Shown here in pieces: positions 1 through 7,896 of a DNA stretch of 30,667 nt. A model generated the notes under the pieces. That model searched no databases. It was not told the origin of the DNA and saw only the letters and a list, made by a program, of their open reading frames with translations. The stretch is taken from contig DATKXE010000085.1 of assembly GCA_035529195.1 (NCBI GenBank), forward strand, positions 1-30,667, written 5' to 3'. The position numbers and the translations under genes were made by a program. Origin of the DNA: Anaerolineales bacterium (GTDB lineage: Bacteria; Chloroflexota; Anaerolineae; Anaerolineales; UBA4823). Numbering within the stretch: position 1 is the first letter of the stretch; every line of letters begins with the position of its first letter.

Positions 1-440
1 TTTGGGGCAAAAATTCGCAATCCCGGTGTCCCCAGGAATAGCTTTTCAAGTGTTTGGCTGTGAGTTGGTCCATATCCCCTGCGTCCCCCCATCGGTGTCC
101 TAATCACTATTGGCACATTAACCTGGTCATTGTACATATAGCGAAATTTTGTTGCATGATTGATCACTTGATCGGCGATTAGGGTTACGAAATCCCCGAA
201 CATAATCTCGACAACAGGGCGATATCCACGGAGAGCCAATCCGGTCGCTATTCCAAGAATCCCCGCTTCAGAGACTGGAGTTGTTAATGTTCGCTCCGGG
301 AAAGCTGTGGAAATTCCTCGAGTAACCTTAAAGGCACCACCGTAAGGATCTAGAATATCTTCCCCCAATATGATGACTCGCTCATCCTTTTTCAGGGCTC
401 TATTTAGGGCTTGATTGAGGGATTCTAGTACTGTAGGCAT
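1..440 (-). CDS. ThDP-dependent 2-oxoacid dehydrogenase/transketolase-like E1 beta subunit, 3' end truncated by the window edge
   Basis: Absent from the ORF track and translated by hand from ATG at 440: MPTVLESLNQALNRALKKDERVIILGEDILDPYGGAFKVTRG...TPVSEAGILGIATGLALRGYRPVVEIMFGDF...RTPMGGRRGYGPTHSQTLE. These are hallmark E1-beta motifs. An in-frame TTG at 470 overlapping the alpha-subunit stop is an alternative start. Confidence 0.88.
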   Translation of the reverse strand, partial: MPTVLESLNQALNRALKKDERVIILGEDILDPYGGAFKVTRGISTAFPERTLTTPVSEAGILGIATGLALRGYRPVVEIMFGDFVTLIADQVINHATKFRYMYNDQVNVPIVIRTPMGGRRGYGPTHSQTLEKLFLGTPGLRIFAP

Positions 441-466
441 TTTGATTGAGTAATGATCAGGATCTG

Positions 467-1411
467 TCAACCATGAATTATCAACTGCGATTCAGGGAGT
501 GGATCTGCGACGGCATCATTAAAAGCTTGGATAACTTCATTGATCACTTCTTGTTCGATTTCGGCGCGCTTTTCAGGATTGACGCGTTTTTCATGTATTG
601 AGATTGGGTCATAGTGTTTCTTCAGATCGAGAATATATTTCTCAGACCGAGTATCGTCACCTTTTGAATGAGGACCGAAGCGTTGTGTGTTGATGATCAA
701 TGCTTGCGGGATTGACTTCAATTTAACATCAGAGATTACCTGGCTTGCCAAAGTATGAATCTGAACAACATCGCTCGTGTCGATAACCCGTGTTTCAATT
801 CCAAACGAATCGAACCGCTTGGCGATATCTCCGGCCAAATTGAGCTCAATTGGCGTGGTTTGGGCAATATGATTATTCTCAACCACAAACAGGATGGGCG
901 CGGACCACAATGAGGCCATGTTCAAGGATTCATATAAGATACCCTCACCCAGGGCACCATCTCCGAGAAATAAAATGGTGATAGTGTTTCGTCTTTTTAG
1001 TTTTTCCGCTAAAGCGATTCCAGTAGCAATTGGTGCAGTACCACCTAATACACCATTTGAGTAAAAATTTTTCCAATGCAGATGCTGTGAACCTCCTCGT
1101 CCACCACATACGCCAGATGTTTTTCCCATCAGCTCTGCGAATAAGGCGTGCATCTCCCCACCATAAGCAAGAAAGTGGCCATGACTGCGGTGATTACTCA
1201 CCACGATATCATCACTTTCTAACTCTTCAAGCACTCCGACAGCATTTGCTTCTTGACCAATATAAGTGTGTGTCGTTCCCCCAAAATACCCACTTGAAAA
1301 TTCATCGAGTACCTTTTCTTCGAAGTGACGAATGCGCAGCATCGAGCGGTAGAAGTTTTCAAACTTTATATTGGAATCCTGGTTCGAATCTCGTGGATGG
1401 GTAATTAACAT
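467..1411 (-). CDS. ThDP-dependent dehydrogenase E1 alpha subunit (PDH/acetoin dehydrogenase-like)
   Basis: Contains HTYIGQEA, NHRSHGH, the ThDP motif GDGALGEG...VVENN and RFGPHSKGDD. Directly followed by a beta subunit. Confidence 0.9.
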   Translation of the reverse strand: MLITHPRDSNQDSNIKFENFYRSMLRIRHFEEKVLDEFSSGYFGGTTHTYIGQEANAVGVLEELESDDIVVSNHRSHGHFLAYGGEMHALFAELMGKTSGVCGGRGGSQHLHWKNFYSNGVLGGTAPIATGIALAEKLKRRNTITILFLGDGALGEGILYESLNMASLWSAPILFVVENNHIAQTTPIELNLAGDIAKRFDSFGIETRVIDTSDVVQIHTLASQVISDVKLKSIPQALIINTQRFGPHSKGDDTRSEKYILDLKKHYDPISIHEKRVNPEKRAEIEQEVINEVIQAFNDAVADPLPESQLIIHG

Positions 1412-1439
1412 CTGATTTCACTCGAGTGTTGAGGAAACA

Positions 1440-2096
1440 TTATTGCTCCACGATATCTTTACCGGGAAAACTCTTGCTATTGCTTCCCATGAATTCCCCT
1501 GACGAAATGTGACCCGGTTCGTCTATCCCTTCTCTAAGCAGAACCTTCCAAACCGTTTGCAGAAGAATCTTAATATCCAATGAAAAACTCCAGTTGTCAA
1601 CGTACCAGACATCAAAAATGAATTTGTCTTCCCACGTGATGGCATTACGACCATTGATCTGTGCCCAACCCGTGATTCCCGGTAGAACATCATGACGTCT
1701 GGCTTGTTCTGGAGTATAACGAGAAAGATACTGCATTAATAATGGTCTCGGTCCTACGATACTCATTTCGCCTTTGAATACATTTATTAATTCGGGGACT
1801 TCATCCAAACTTGTGGTGCGTAATACCCTACCCAACCAGGTTACCCGCTGTTCCTCGGGTAATAATCTGCCGTCTGTACTGAATTTTTCAGACATGGTTC
1901 TAAATTTGTATATAGTAAATGGTCTGCCGAGATAACCAGGACGCTGTTGATGGAAGAGAATCGGAAATCCCTGAATAAAAAAGATCAATATTGAAATGAT
2001 CAAAAGGATAGGGAAAAGGACTATAAATCCGCAGGTTGATATAAATAGATCCAATCCCCGCTTAACGAGTGGCACATTATCAGGAAGCAATGGCAT
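1440..2096 (-). CDS. Monotopic polyprenyl-phosphate phosphoglycosyltransferase (bacterial sugar transferase, PglC/WcaJ C-terminal domain type)
   Basis: Contains KRGLD plus a single hydrophobic helix, YKFRTM, SLDEVPELINV-KGEMSIVGPRP, PGITGWAQINGRN and D-WYVDNWS-LDIKIL. Confidence 0.92.
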   Translation of the reverse strand: MPLLPDNVPLVKRGLDLFISTCGFIVLFPILLIISILIFFIQGFPILFHQQRPGYLGRPFTIYKFRTMSEKFSTDGRLLPEEQRVTWLGRVLRTTSLDEVPELINVFKGEMSIVGPRPLLMQYLSRYTPEQARRHDVLPGITGWAQINGRNAITWEDKFIFDVWYVDNWSFSLDIKILLQTVWKVLLREGIDEPGHISSGEFMGSNSKSFPGKDIVEQ

Positions 2097-2101
2097 TCGA
2101 G

Positions 2102-2248
2102 CTATATACTTTGAATAATATTGCTGTACAAGTTCCCAATCGCTGGTCCAAATAAGTAAATTACAATGATCACAATAATCGCAACCAGGATTAAGATTAA
2201 TGCGTATTCTAATAGACTCTGTCCTTGGTTTCTTCCTGATTCACCCAT
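2102..2248 (-). CDS. flp: Flp family type IVb (Tad) pilin, 48 aa
   Basis: Below the ORF-track cutoff and translated by hand: MGESGRNQG|QSLLEYALILILVAIIVIIVIYLFGPAIGNLYSNIIQSI*. It has the G|xxxxEY prepilin motif followed by a hydrophobic helix. GGAGG lies 8 nt upstream of the ATG, and the TAG stop is at 2102-2104. Confidence 0.9.
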   Translation of the reverse strand: MGESGRNQGQSLLEYALILILVAIIVIIVIYLFGPAIGNLYSNIIQSI

Positions 2249-2363
2249 GTCTGCATCCTCCAAGTATGATTCTATTTATTTTACCTGTTAATCCAGGCAA
2301 ATGGATCTTTTTAATTGCAGGTGCAAGTATTAACCCGCTGGAAACTAATAAAACGCATCAAAT

Positions 2364-2391
2364 TTGCTTTTTATATGGATTTCGCTATAAT
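2364..2391 (+). promoter_or_regulatory. Putative sigma70 promoter for the lamin-tail protein
   Basis: TTGCTT (2364-2369), 16-nt spacer, TATAAT (2386-2391), about 120 nt upstream of ATG 2510. Confidence 0.4.
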
Positions 2392-2509
2392 AAGATTAGG
2401 GATGAACACTGGAACAAGCGGGGATTTGTTTTTGAATTTCAACATTATCGGTTTTGATAATTAATTGCAGAAATCCATGTGAGGTCCTTGTTGGGGTAAA
2501 GGGCGCGAA

Positions 2510-4471
2510 ATGAATACAAAAAGAGCACATAGGGAGGTGTTCAAAGTCTTTCCTTTATTGGTTGTGTTTATTTTCTTGATCGGTTTTTCGTATGTTAATC
2601 CAATTCACAGCTCAAAATCTATATATTTTCCGCTATTGAATCATTTAGTTCCTGTAGGTGCGGAGAGGAACAATAAGCTGGTGATATCGGAAATCATGTT
2701 CAATCCGATAGATTCCGAACCTGGCCACGAATGGATTGAATTGTTTAACCGCAGCTCAGATAGTATAGATTTGCAGGATTTTAAGATTGGAGATAGTGAA
2801 GCACAAGGCGATCTTGAGGGTATGTATGTGTTCCCAGCAGGATCACGAATTTATCCAGGTGAAACGATCGTGATTGCGAACCAATCGATGTTATTCTCCC
2901 AAGTATACGGGTTTAGACCAAATTTTGAGTTATTAAATAGTGATCCGGAAGTAATCAATCTGGTTAAGTACAAAAAATGGGCTGGTGGGGTTATAAACTT
3001 AAACAATTCGGGAGATGAACTATTGCTGCTTGATCAAGAAGATGATCTCATGGATGCTGTCTCTTGGGGTGATTCAATATTTGCTTTCAATCCACCTGCA
3101 CCCAAAACGGAGGACGGTTTTTCCCTCGAGCGCAAACCTGCTAACACCGACAGTAACCGTGCCGATGATTGGTCCATTCTTGCAGAACCCCAACCAGGCA
3201 GAGTAAATTTGGAGGTGCTTACCCCTCTTCCTCAGACTCCGACTGCTACCCAACCCGCATGTGACATTATCACTATTTTGATTTCTGAAATTTTCTACGA
3301 TCCAGAGTTAAGTCCAGAGCCAGATGGTGAGTGGATGGAACTTTATAATTTCGGAAACAAAGAAATCAGCTTGGAATGCGTGTTATTGGGAGATGAAGAA
3401 ACCAATGGAGGGGCGGAGGGCATGATGGTGTTCCCATCTGGAGGCAGCATCTCTCCTGGAGGGGTGATTGTGATCGCTAATCGGGCGAGTATATTTCTAG
3501 ATAACTATGGAATGATCCCTGATTATGAGATCAATGACACAATTGAGGAAATTCCTGATTTGAAATCTTCTCCAATTTGGGCAACTGGAAAAATAAATTT
3601 AAGTAATATCGGGGATGAATTATTCATAACCAAGAAGACTGGATACCTTGTTGATGCAGTTTCCTGGGGTGATTCTGTTATTGCTTTTGATCCATCTGTA
3701 CCCAGTGTAAATCCAGGACATTCAATTTCACGACAACCAGCGAACATGGATACGGATTCAGCGCTAGATTGGGTGGAGCTACCCCTGCCTCAACCTGGGA
3801 TGGTTCAGCTAAATCCACCAAATCCTTCAGCGACTCCTTCACGTACTCCGATGATAGTAACTCCTTCACCAATACCTCCAAATCCTACTGCTACTTCTAC
3901 ACAAACTCCAACCTCAACCTCGACCTCAACCGACACTCCTCAGCCACTAATAAAATTAGTTATTAATGAAATCTTAGCTGATCCAGATGTGGATATGGGG
4001 GATGCAAATAATGATGGGATTGTAGATAATTCGGATGATGAGTTTATAGAGATAATTAACAGCTCTGAAACACTAAGGGATATCAGCGGCTGGGCATTTG
4101 GAGATGTTTTAGATATCAGGCATACCTTCCCCGATGGTTCCATTCTTGAACCCAGTTGTGGTTTAGTTCTATTTGGTGGAGGAAATCCCAACGGGAATTT
4201 TGGAAATTCGCTTGTTCAGGTTGCATCAAGTGGAAAATTAGGTTTGAATGATAATATGGAAAACATTTACTTATATAACTCACAGCTCGAAGTTGTTGCA
4301 AGCCTCAGCTATGGGGAAGAAGCGGGCGATAATCAATCGATTACTCGTGACCCTGATATCGTGGGAACAACTCCATTAAGAAAACATAGTCTGGCGACGG
4401 ATTCTAATGGATCTTTTTTCTCTCCTGGAACACAAATAAATGGAATTAATTTCTCTGGTTGCCCGGAGTGA
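2510..4471 (+). CDS. Secreted or membrane-anchored protein with three lamin-tail domains and Pro/Thr-rich linkers
   Basis: N-terminal hydrophobic segment, then three domains starting ISEIMFNP..EWIELFN, ISEIFYDP..EWMELYN and INEILADP..DEFIEIIN. The first two share LxNxGDE and DAVSWGDS. A PSATPSRTP..TSTSTDTP linker precedes the third domain. Confidence 0.8.
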   Translation: MNTKRAHREVFKVFPLLVVFIFLIGFSYVNPIHSSKSIYFPLLNHLVPVGAERNNKLVISEIMFNPIDSEPGHEWIELFNRSSDSIDLQDFKIGDSEAQGDLEGMYVFPAGSRIYPGETIVIANQSMLFSQVYGFRPNFELLNSDPEVINLVKYKKWAGGVINLNNSGDELLLLDQEDDLMDAVSWGDSIFAFNPPAPKTEDGFSLERKPANTDSNRADDWSILAEPQPGRVNLEVLTPLPQTPTATQPACDIITILISEIFYDPELSPEPDGEWMELYNFGNKEISLECVLLGDEETNGGAEGMMVFPSGGSISPGGVIVIANRASIFLDNYGMIPDYEINDTIEEIPDLKSSPIWATGKINLSNIGDELFITKKTGYLVDAVSWGDSVIAFDPSVPSVNPGHSISRQPANMDTDSALDWVELPLPQPGMVQLNPPNPSATPSRTPMIVTPSPIPPNPTATSTQTPTSTSTSTDTPQPLIKLVINEILADPDVDMGDANNDGIVDNSDDEFIEIINSSETLRDISGWAFGDVLDIRHTFPDGSILEPSCGLVLFGGGNPNGNFGNSLVQVASSGKLGLNDNMENIYLYNSQLEVVASLSYGEEAGDNQSITRDPDIVGTTPLRKHSLATDSNGSFFSPGTQINGINFSGCPE

Positions 4472-4486
4472 TGACACCAGCTGCAT

Positions 4487-4527
4487 TAAAAAGCAATAGG
4501 TCGTTATATCCTGCACGACCTATTGCT
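4487..4527 (-). terminator. Intrinsic terminator between convergent lexA and the lamin-tail gene
   Basis: Perfect 13-bp inverted repeat AGCAATAGGTCGT (4492-4504) / ACGACCTATTGCT (4515-4527) with a 10-nt loop. A short U-tract follows on the minus strand. Confidence 0.7.
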
Positions 4528-4598
4528 AATACAATGGAGGAGTAGCTGCACTCGCAGTCAGCTGATTGGGAGACCTCAGAAGCAACTATGCGATTTGC

Positions 4599-5321
4599 CT
4601 ATGAAGGTAATCCAGATACCTGCCTGATGACCATGATAACTTTTCCCTTCACTTCGAGTGTACTTGGATCTTTAATAATTATCGGTTCCATTGTTGGATT
4701 GGCAGGTTGAAGTCGAACCTGTCCGTTCTCTCGGAAGAAATATTTTAAGGTTGTTTCGTTATTCTCACTGATCCATATTGCAACCATTTCACCGTTTCTG
4801 GCATCATTTGCTGGCTTCATGATGACGATATCACCATCATTTACCATGGCATCGATCATAGAATCCCCTTGGACTTCCAATGCAAATAGATCCTTTCCCT
4901 TTTCTCTTCCAGGAAGCTGGCTTTGCGGAATCTCAATCTTGCTCTCATAATCATAATAAGAAAAATCTGAGGAAGGGACGGGCATTAATTCACCTGCAAC
5001 AATCCGACCCAAAACAGGTATTTGAAGCATCTCTGATACGGCTTCAGCAGCCTTTCTCATCTGAGTTGAAATCGATTGGGAAGCATTCTCCAAAGGTTTA
5101 AGTAAACGAACGCCCCTTGATATACGCCGGTCCCTTTCGATATATCCCATTTCCTCGAGTTGTTCGAGATAATAATTAACAACAGAGGTAGAGGAGATGC
5201 TTGCTTCAGAACAAATCTCTCGGATAGAAGGGGGATATCCATTTTGATCCTGAAAGCTTTCTAGTACTTCTAGGATTTTCTTTTGACGCTCGCTCAACCC
5301 TTTTTTGCGTTTTCTTGGCAT
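4599..5321 (-). CDS. lexA: SOS transcriptional repressor LexA
   Basis: N-terminal wHTH (LSERQKKIL..GYPPSIREI..STSVV.YYL..LE.MGYI), cleavage region GRIVAG, catalytic Ser in VQGDSM and Lys in TTLK. Start moved to ATG 5321 (MPRKRK) because AGGAG lies 8 nt upstream. Confidence 0.95.
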   Translation of the reverse strand: MPRKRKKGLSERQKKILEVLESFQDQNGYPPSIREICSEASISSTSVVNYYLEQLEEMGYIERDRRISRGVRLLKPLENASQSISTQMRKAAEAVSEMLQIPVLGRIVAGELMPVPSSDFSYYDYESKIEIPQSQLPGREKGKDLFALEVQGDSMIDAMVNDGDIVIMKPANDARNGEMVAIWISENNETTLKYFFRENGQVRLQPANPTMEPIIIKDPSTLEVKGKVIMVIRQVSGLPS

Positions 5322-5365
5322 ACCCATTACTCCTATTAATAATAAAGGAAACACTTGTGCTATAA

Positions 5366-5394
5366 ATAATACACGAACATACGTTCTGTGTCAA
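5366..5394 (-). promoter_or_regulatory. sigma70 promoter of lexA
   Basis: On the minus strand: TTGACA (5394-5389), 17-nt spacer, TATTAT (5371-5366). Confidence 0.8.
5374..5387. promoter_or_regulatory. LexA operator (SOS/Cheo box) CGAACATACGTTCT
   Basis: Matches the Gram-positive/Chloroflexota GAAC-N4-GTTC consensus and sits in the -35/-10 spacer of the lexA promoter. Confidence 0.85.
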
Positions 5395-5445
5395 GGAAAA
5401 GAAACTTCATTTCTTGCGAATAATCTATGGTTTAATTGGTATGCA

Positions 5446-5892
5446 ATGGCTACGAAAAAAGATATATATACCAGGTTGGTATATTCACGTAACAAAACAA
5501 TTGTTGGAAGTATTGCATATTTCACATTAAAAATATTGGGAATTGAGATCCCAAAATCAGTGGTGATTGGTAAAGATTTCGAATTAGCGCATGGTGGATT
5601 CGGTGTTGTGATCCATCCAAAAACAATTATTGGGGATCGGGTGAAAATTTACCCTGGAGTAACCTTGGGGCGATCCGATATTCATCTTCCATTCGAGCGA
5701 TCAGGATTTGAGGGGATTGTTATCGAAGATGATGTTGTTCTGGCTTCCGGAGCGAAAGTGCTTTGTAAGGAAGGCACCCTGCAGGTAAAGAAAGGAACGA
5801 TTATTGGGGCAAATGCAGTTCTCCTTAGCTCGACTCAAGAGAATGAAATCTGGGTAGGTGTTCCTGCAAAGATGGCTGGATACAGGGAGTAA
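5446..5892 (+). CDS. Hexapeptide-repeat O-acyltransferase (serine acetyltransferase/WcaB-like, probably acting on a glycan)
   Basis: Left-handed beta-helix repeats (AHGGFGVVIHPKTIIGDRVKIYPGVTLG, IVIEDDVVLASGAKVL, IIGANAVL, WVGVPAK). It lacks the CysE N-terminal domain. Start moved to ATG 5446 to avoid overlapping lexA and its promoter. Confidence 0.8.
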   Translation: MATKKDIYTRLVYSRNKTIVGSIAYFTLKILGIEIPKSVVIGKDFELAHGGFGVVIHPKTIIGDRVKIYPGVTLGRSDIHLPFERSGFEGIVIEDDVVLASGAKVLCKEGTLQVKKGTIIGANAVLLSSTQENEIWVGVPAKMAGYRE

Positions 5893-5941
5893 CAGTAAAT
5901 ATTTCTAAAGGATTTTTTCACAATCTGAATTGGGAATTGAA

Positions 5942-6988
5942 ATGAAACCCAAGATTTGTCTCGTTCCTCGTTTATCTGGTATAGGTGGTATGGTTTCATT
6001 CCAGGCAAAACTCGCTGCGGGGTTATCGAAACGCGGAATTACCGTGAGTTATGAACTCAGTGATACACATACGGATTCAATATTAGTAATCGGTGGCACT
6101 CGAAATCTCCACCACTTATGGAATGCAAAGCGTCGAGGGACAAGAATTGTCCAGCGATTGGATGGCATGAATTGGATTCACCGTGTAATGAATACTGGAT
6201 TTCACCATCGGTTGAGGGCAGAGTACGGAAATTTCATATTGGGGGTGATCCGCTCGTATCTGGCCGATAAAATTGCTTACCAATCCCAGTTTTCCAGGGA
6301 ATGGTGGCAGAGTGTGAAGGGGGGTACAACTTGTCCCAATGTGGTGATCCATAATGGTGTAGATTTGACAAATTTTTTACCAGGTGGTGATGGAAGGCCT
6401 GTGGGGGATATTATTCGCTTATTGATGGTTGAGGGCAGCTTGCTTGGGGGTTATGAGTTCGGGTTAGATAATGCCATCCAAATGACCAGCGAGGTAGCAA
6501 AAATGGTCAAGACTAGTAAGCTAGTAGAACTTTGGGTTGTGGGTAAGGTATCGAAATCTACAAAAGAATATTGGGATAACTGGTTAATTGATCGTGGAGA
6601 GATGGATGCATTAAAAATCAAATGGTTGGGAATGGTCCCTCATGAGCGGATTGCTGAAATTTATCAACAAGCACATTTACTCTTCTCTGCGGATATTAAT
6701 GCCGCTTGTCCAAACTCTGTGATCGAGTCGATCGCAACCGGAACACCCGTGATCGCATTTGATACCGGCGCATTGTTAGAAATTTTAGAGGATAAAGGTG
6801 GTAAGGTTGTGCCCTATGGTGGCAATCCCTGGCAGATGGACAAGCCCGATATAACATCTCTGGCAGATGGTGCTCTAAGTATTATAAATAACCTTGATGA
6901 TTTTCGAAAATCTGCTCGAGAACGTGCTGAGTCAGCATTCAATCTTGATGATATGGTTGATCGATATGTGGAATTATTGCTGGAATAG
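5942..6988 (+). CDS. GT4 family glycosyltransferase
   Basis: GT-B features: VVIHNGVD, WLGMVPH and CPNSVIESIATGTPVIAFDTG. Start taken at ATG 5942 (MKPKICLV). Confidence 0.88.
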   Translation: MKPKICLVPRLSGIGGMVSFQAKLAAGLSKRGITVSYELSDTHTDSILVIGGTRNLHHLWNAKRRGTRIVQRLDGMNWIHRVMNTGFHHRLRAEYGNFILGVIRSYLADKIAYQSQFSREWWQSVKGGTTCPNVVIHNGVDLTNFLPGGDGRPVGDIIRLLMVEGSLLGGYEFGLDNAIQMTSEVAKMVKTSKLVELWVVGKVSKSTKEYWDNWLIDRGEMDALKIKWLGMVPHERIAEIYQQAHLLFSADINAACPNSVIESIATGTPVIAFDTGALLEILEDKGGKVVPYGGNPWQMDKPDITSLADGALSIINNLDDFRKSARERAESAFNLDDMVDRYVELLLE

Positions 6989-7029
6989 TCATAATTGATC
7001 CGCATGATTTCTTTGATGAGACAAAAGCG

Positions 7030-7896
7030 ATGAAACTCGATAATGTGGCACTTACCTTTACGGCTTATATCGCAAAGGTTCTGCCATTATCATATAAACT
7101 TTCTTTATACAGGAATCCGGCCATTTCTCATTTGATCAGGAAGGGTTTAAATCGTTTTGCACCTGAAGGTCTGAGTATAGTCTCAATCGCATCTGGAGCC
7201 AATGAAGGCCTGAAGATGCGTCTGGATTTGCACAGCGAAAAAGATTATTGGTTGGGGACATATGAGTCTGAACTACAGCAAGCAATTGGAAAGTTGGTCA
7301 AACCTGGGCAGATTGTTTATGATATCGGTGCCAATATTGGCTTTGTCACACTTTTATTTGCCAGGCAAACTGGTCCGCAAGGGCATGTTTTTGCGTTTGA
7401 AGCATTGCCTGCAAATGTAAACCGTCTTAGACAGAGTGTTGAATTGAATCGATACCAGGAGCGGGTGTCTGTGATCCAGGCTGCTGTACAAGATCATACT
7501 GGTCAGGCTGAATTCCTCGTCGGTCCATCGGATGGTATGGGGAAAGTTCAAGGGTCTGCTGGAAGGGATTCAATAGATTATGAGCAAAGGATTCAAGTCG
7601 AAGGAATTTCAATTGACCAATTCATAGGCAATTCCGGAAACCCTCCTCCAGATATTATTAAAATGGATATCGAGGGTGGGGAAATTTTAGCACTCCCCGG
7701 TATGGCAAGCCTCCTGCAGGAGGGGCGGCCGTTACTTTTGATAGAATTGCATGGACCGGAGGCAGCTCGAGTAAGTTGGGAAGCTCTAAGAACAGCTGAT
7801 TATCGAATAACCCAGATGGAATCTCAATTCCCACAAGTGATGAGTGTTGAGGATTTAAATTGGAAATCATATTTGGTGGCTTTCCCAAGTGAATAG
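7030..7896 (+). CDS. FkbM family SAM-dependent methyltransferase
   Basis: Contains VYDIGANIGF (SAM motif I), VFAFEALPAN and DIIKMDIEGGE. Confidence 0.88.
   Translation: MKLDNVALTFTAYIAKVLPLSYKLSLYRNPAISHLIRKGLNRFAPEGLSIVSIASGANEGLKMRLDLHSEKDYWLGTYESELQQAIGKLVKPGQIVYDIGANIGFVTLLFARQTGPQGHVFAFEALPANVNRLRQSVELNRYQERVSVIQAAVQDHTGQAEFLVGPSDGMGKVQGSAGRDSIDYEQRIQVEGISIDQFIGNSGNPPPDIIKMDIEGGEILALPGMASLLQEGRPLLLIELHGPEAARVSWEALRTADYRITQMESQFPQVMSVEDLNWKSYLVAFPSE

Noticed and set aside
2200-2457. 85-aa plus-strand ORF in the track
   Set aside because: It overlaps the Flp pilin antisense and spans promoter DNA. No RBS or recognisable motif.
2311-2470. Direct repeat TTAATTGCAG at 2311 and 2461 in the flp/LTD divergent region
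   Set aside because: Only two 10-bp AT-rich copies, compatible with chance. No further support.
5349-5360. Possible second SOS box AAAC-ACTT-GTGC
   Set aside because: One mismatch in each half-site, too degenerate to call without binding data.
5305-5445. N-terminal extension of the acetyltransferase ORF (195-aa version)
   Set aside because: It would overlap the lexA start, promoter and SOS box. Family similarity begins only after ATG 5446.
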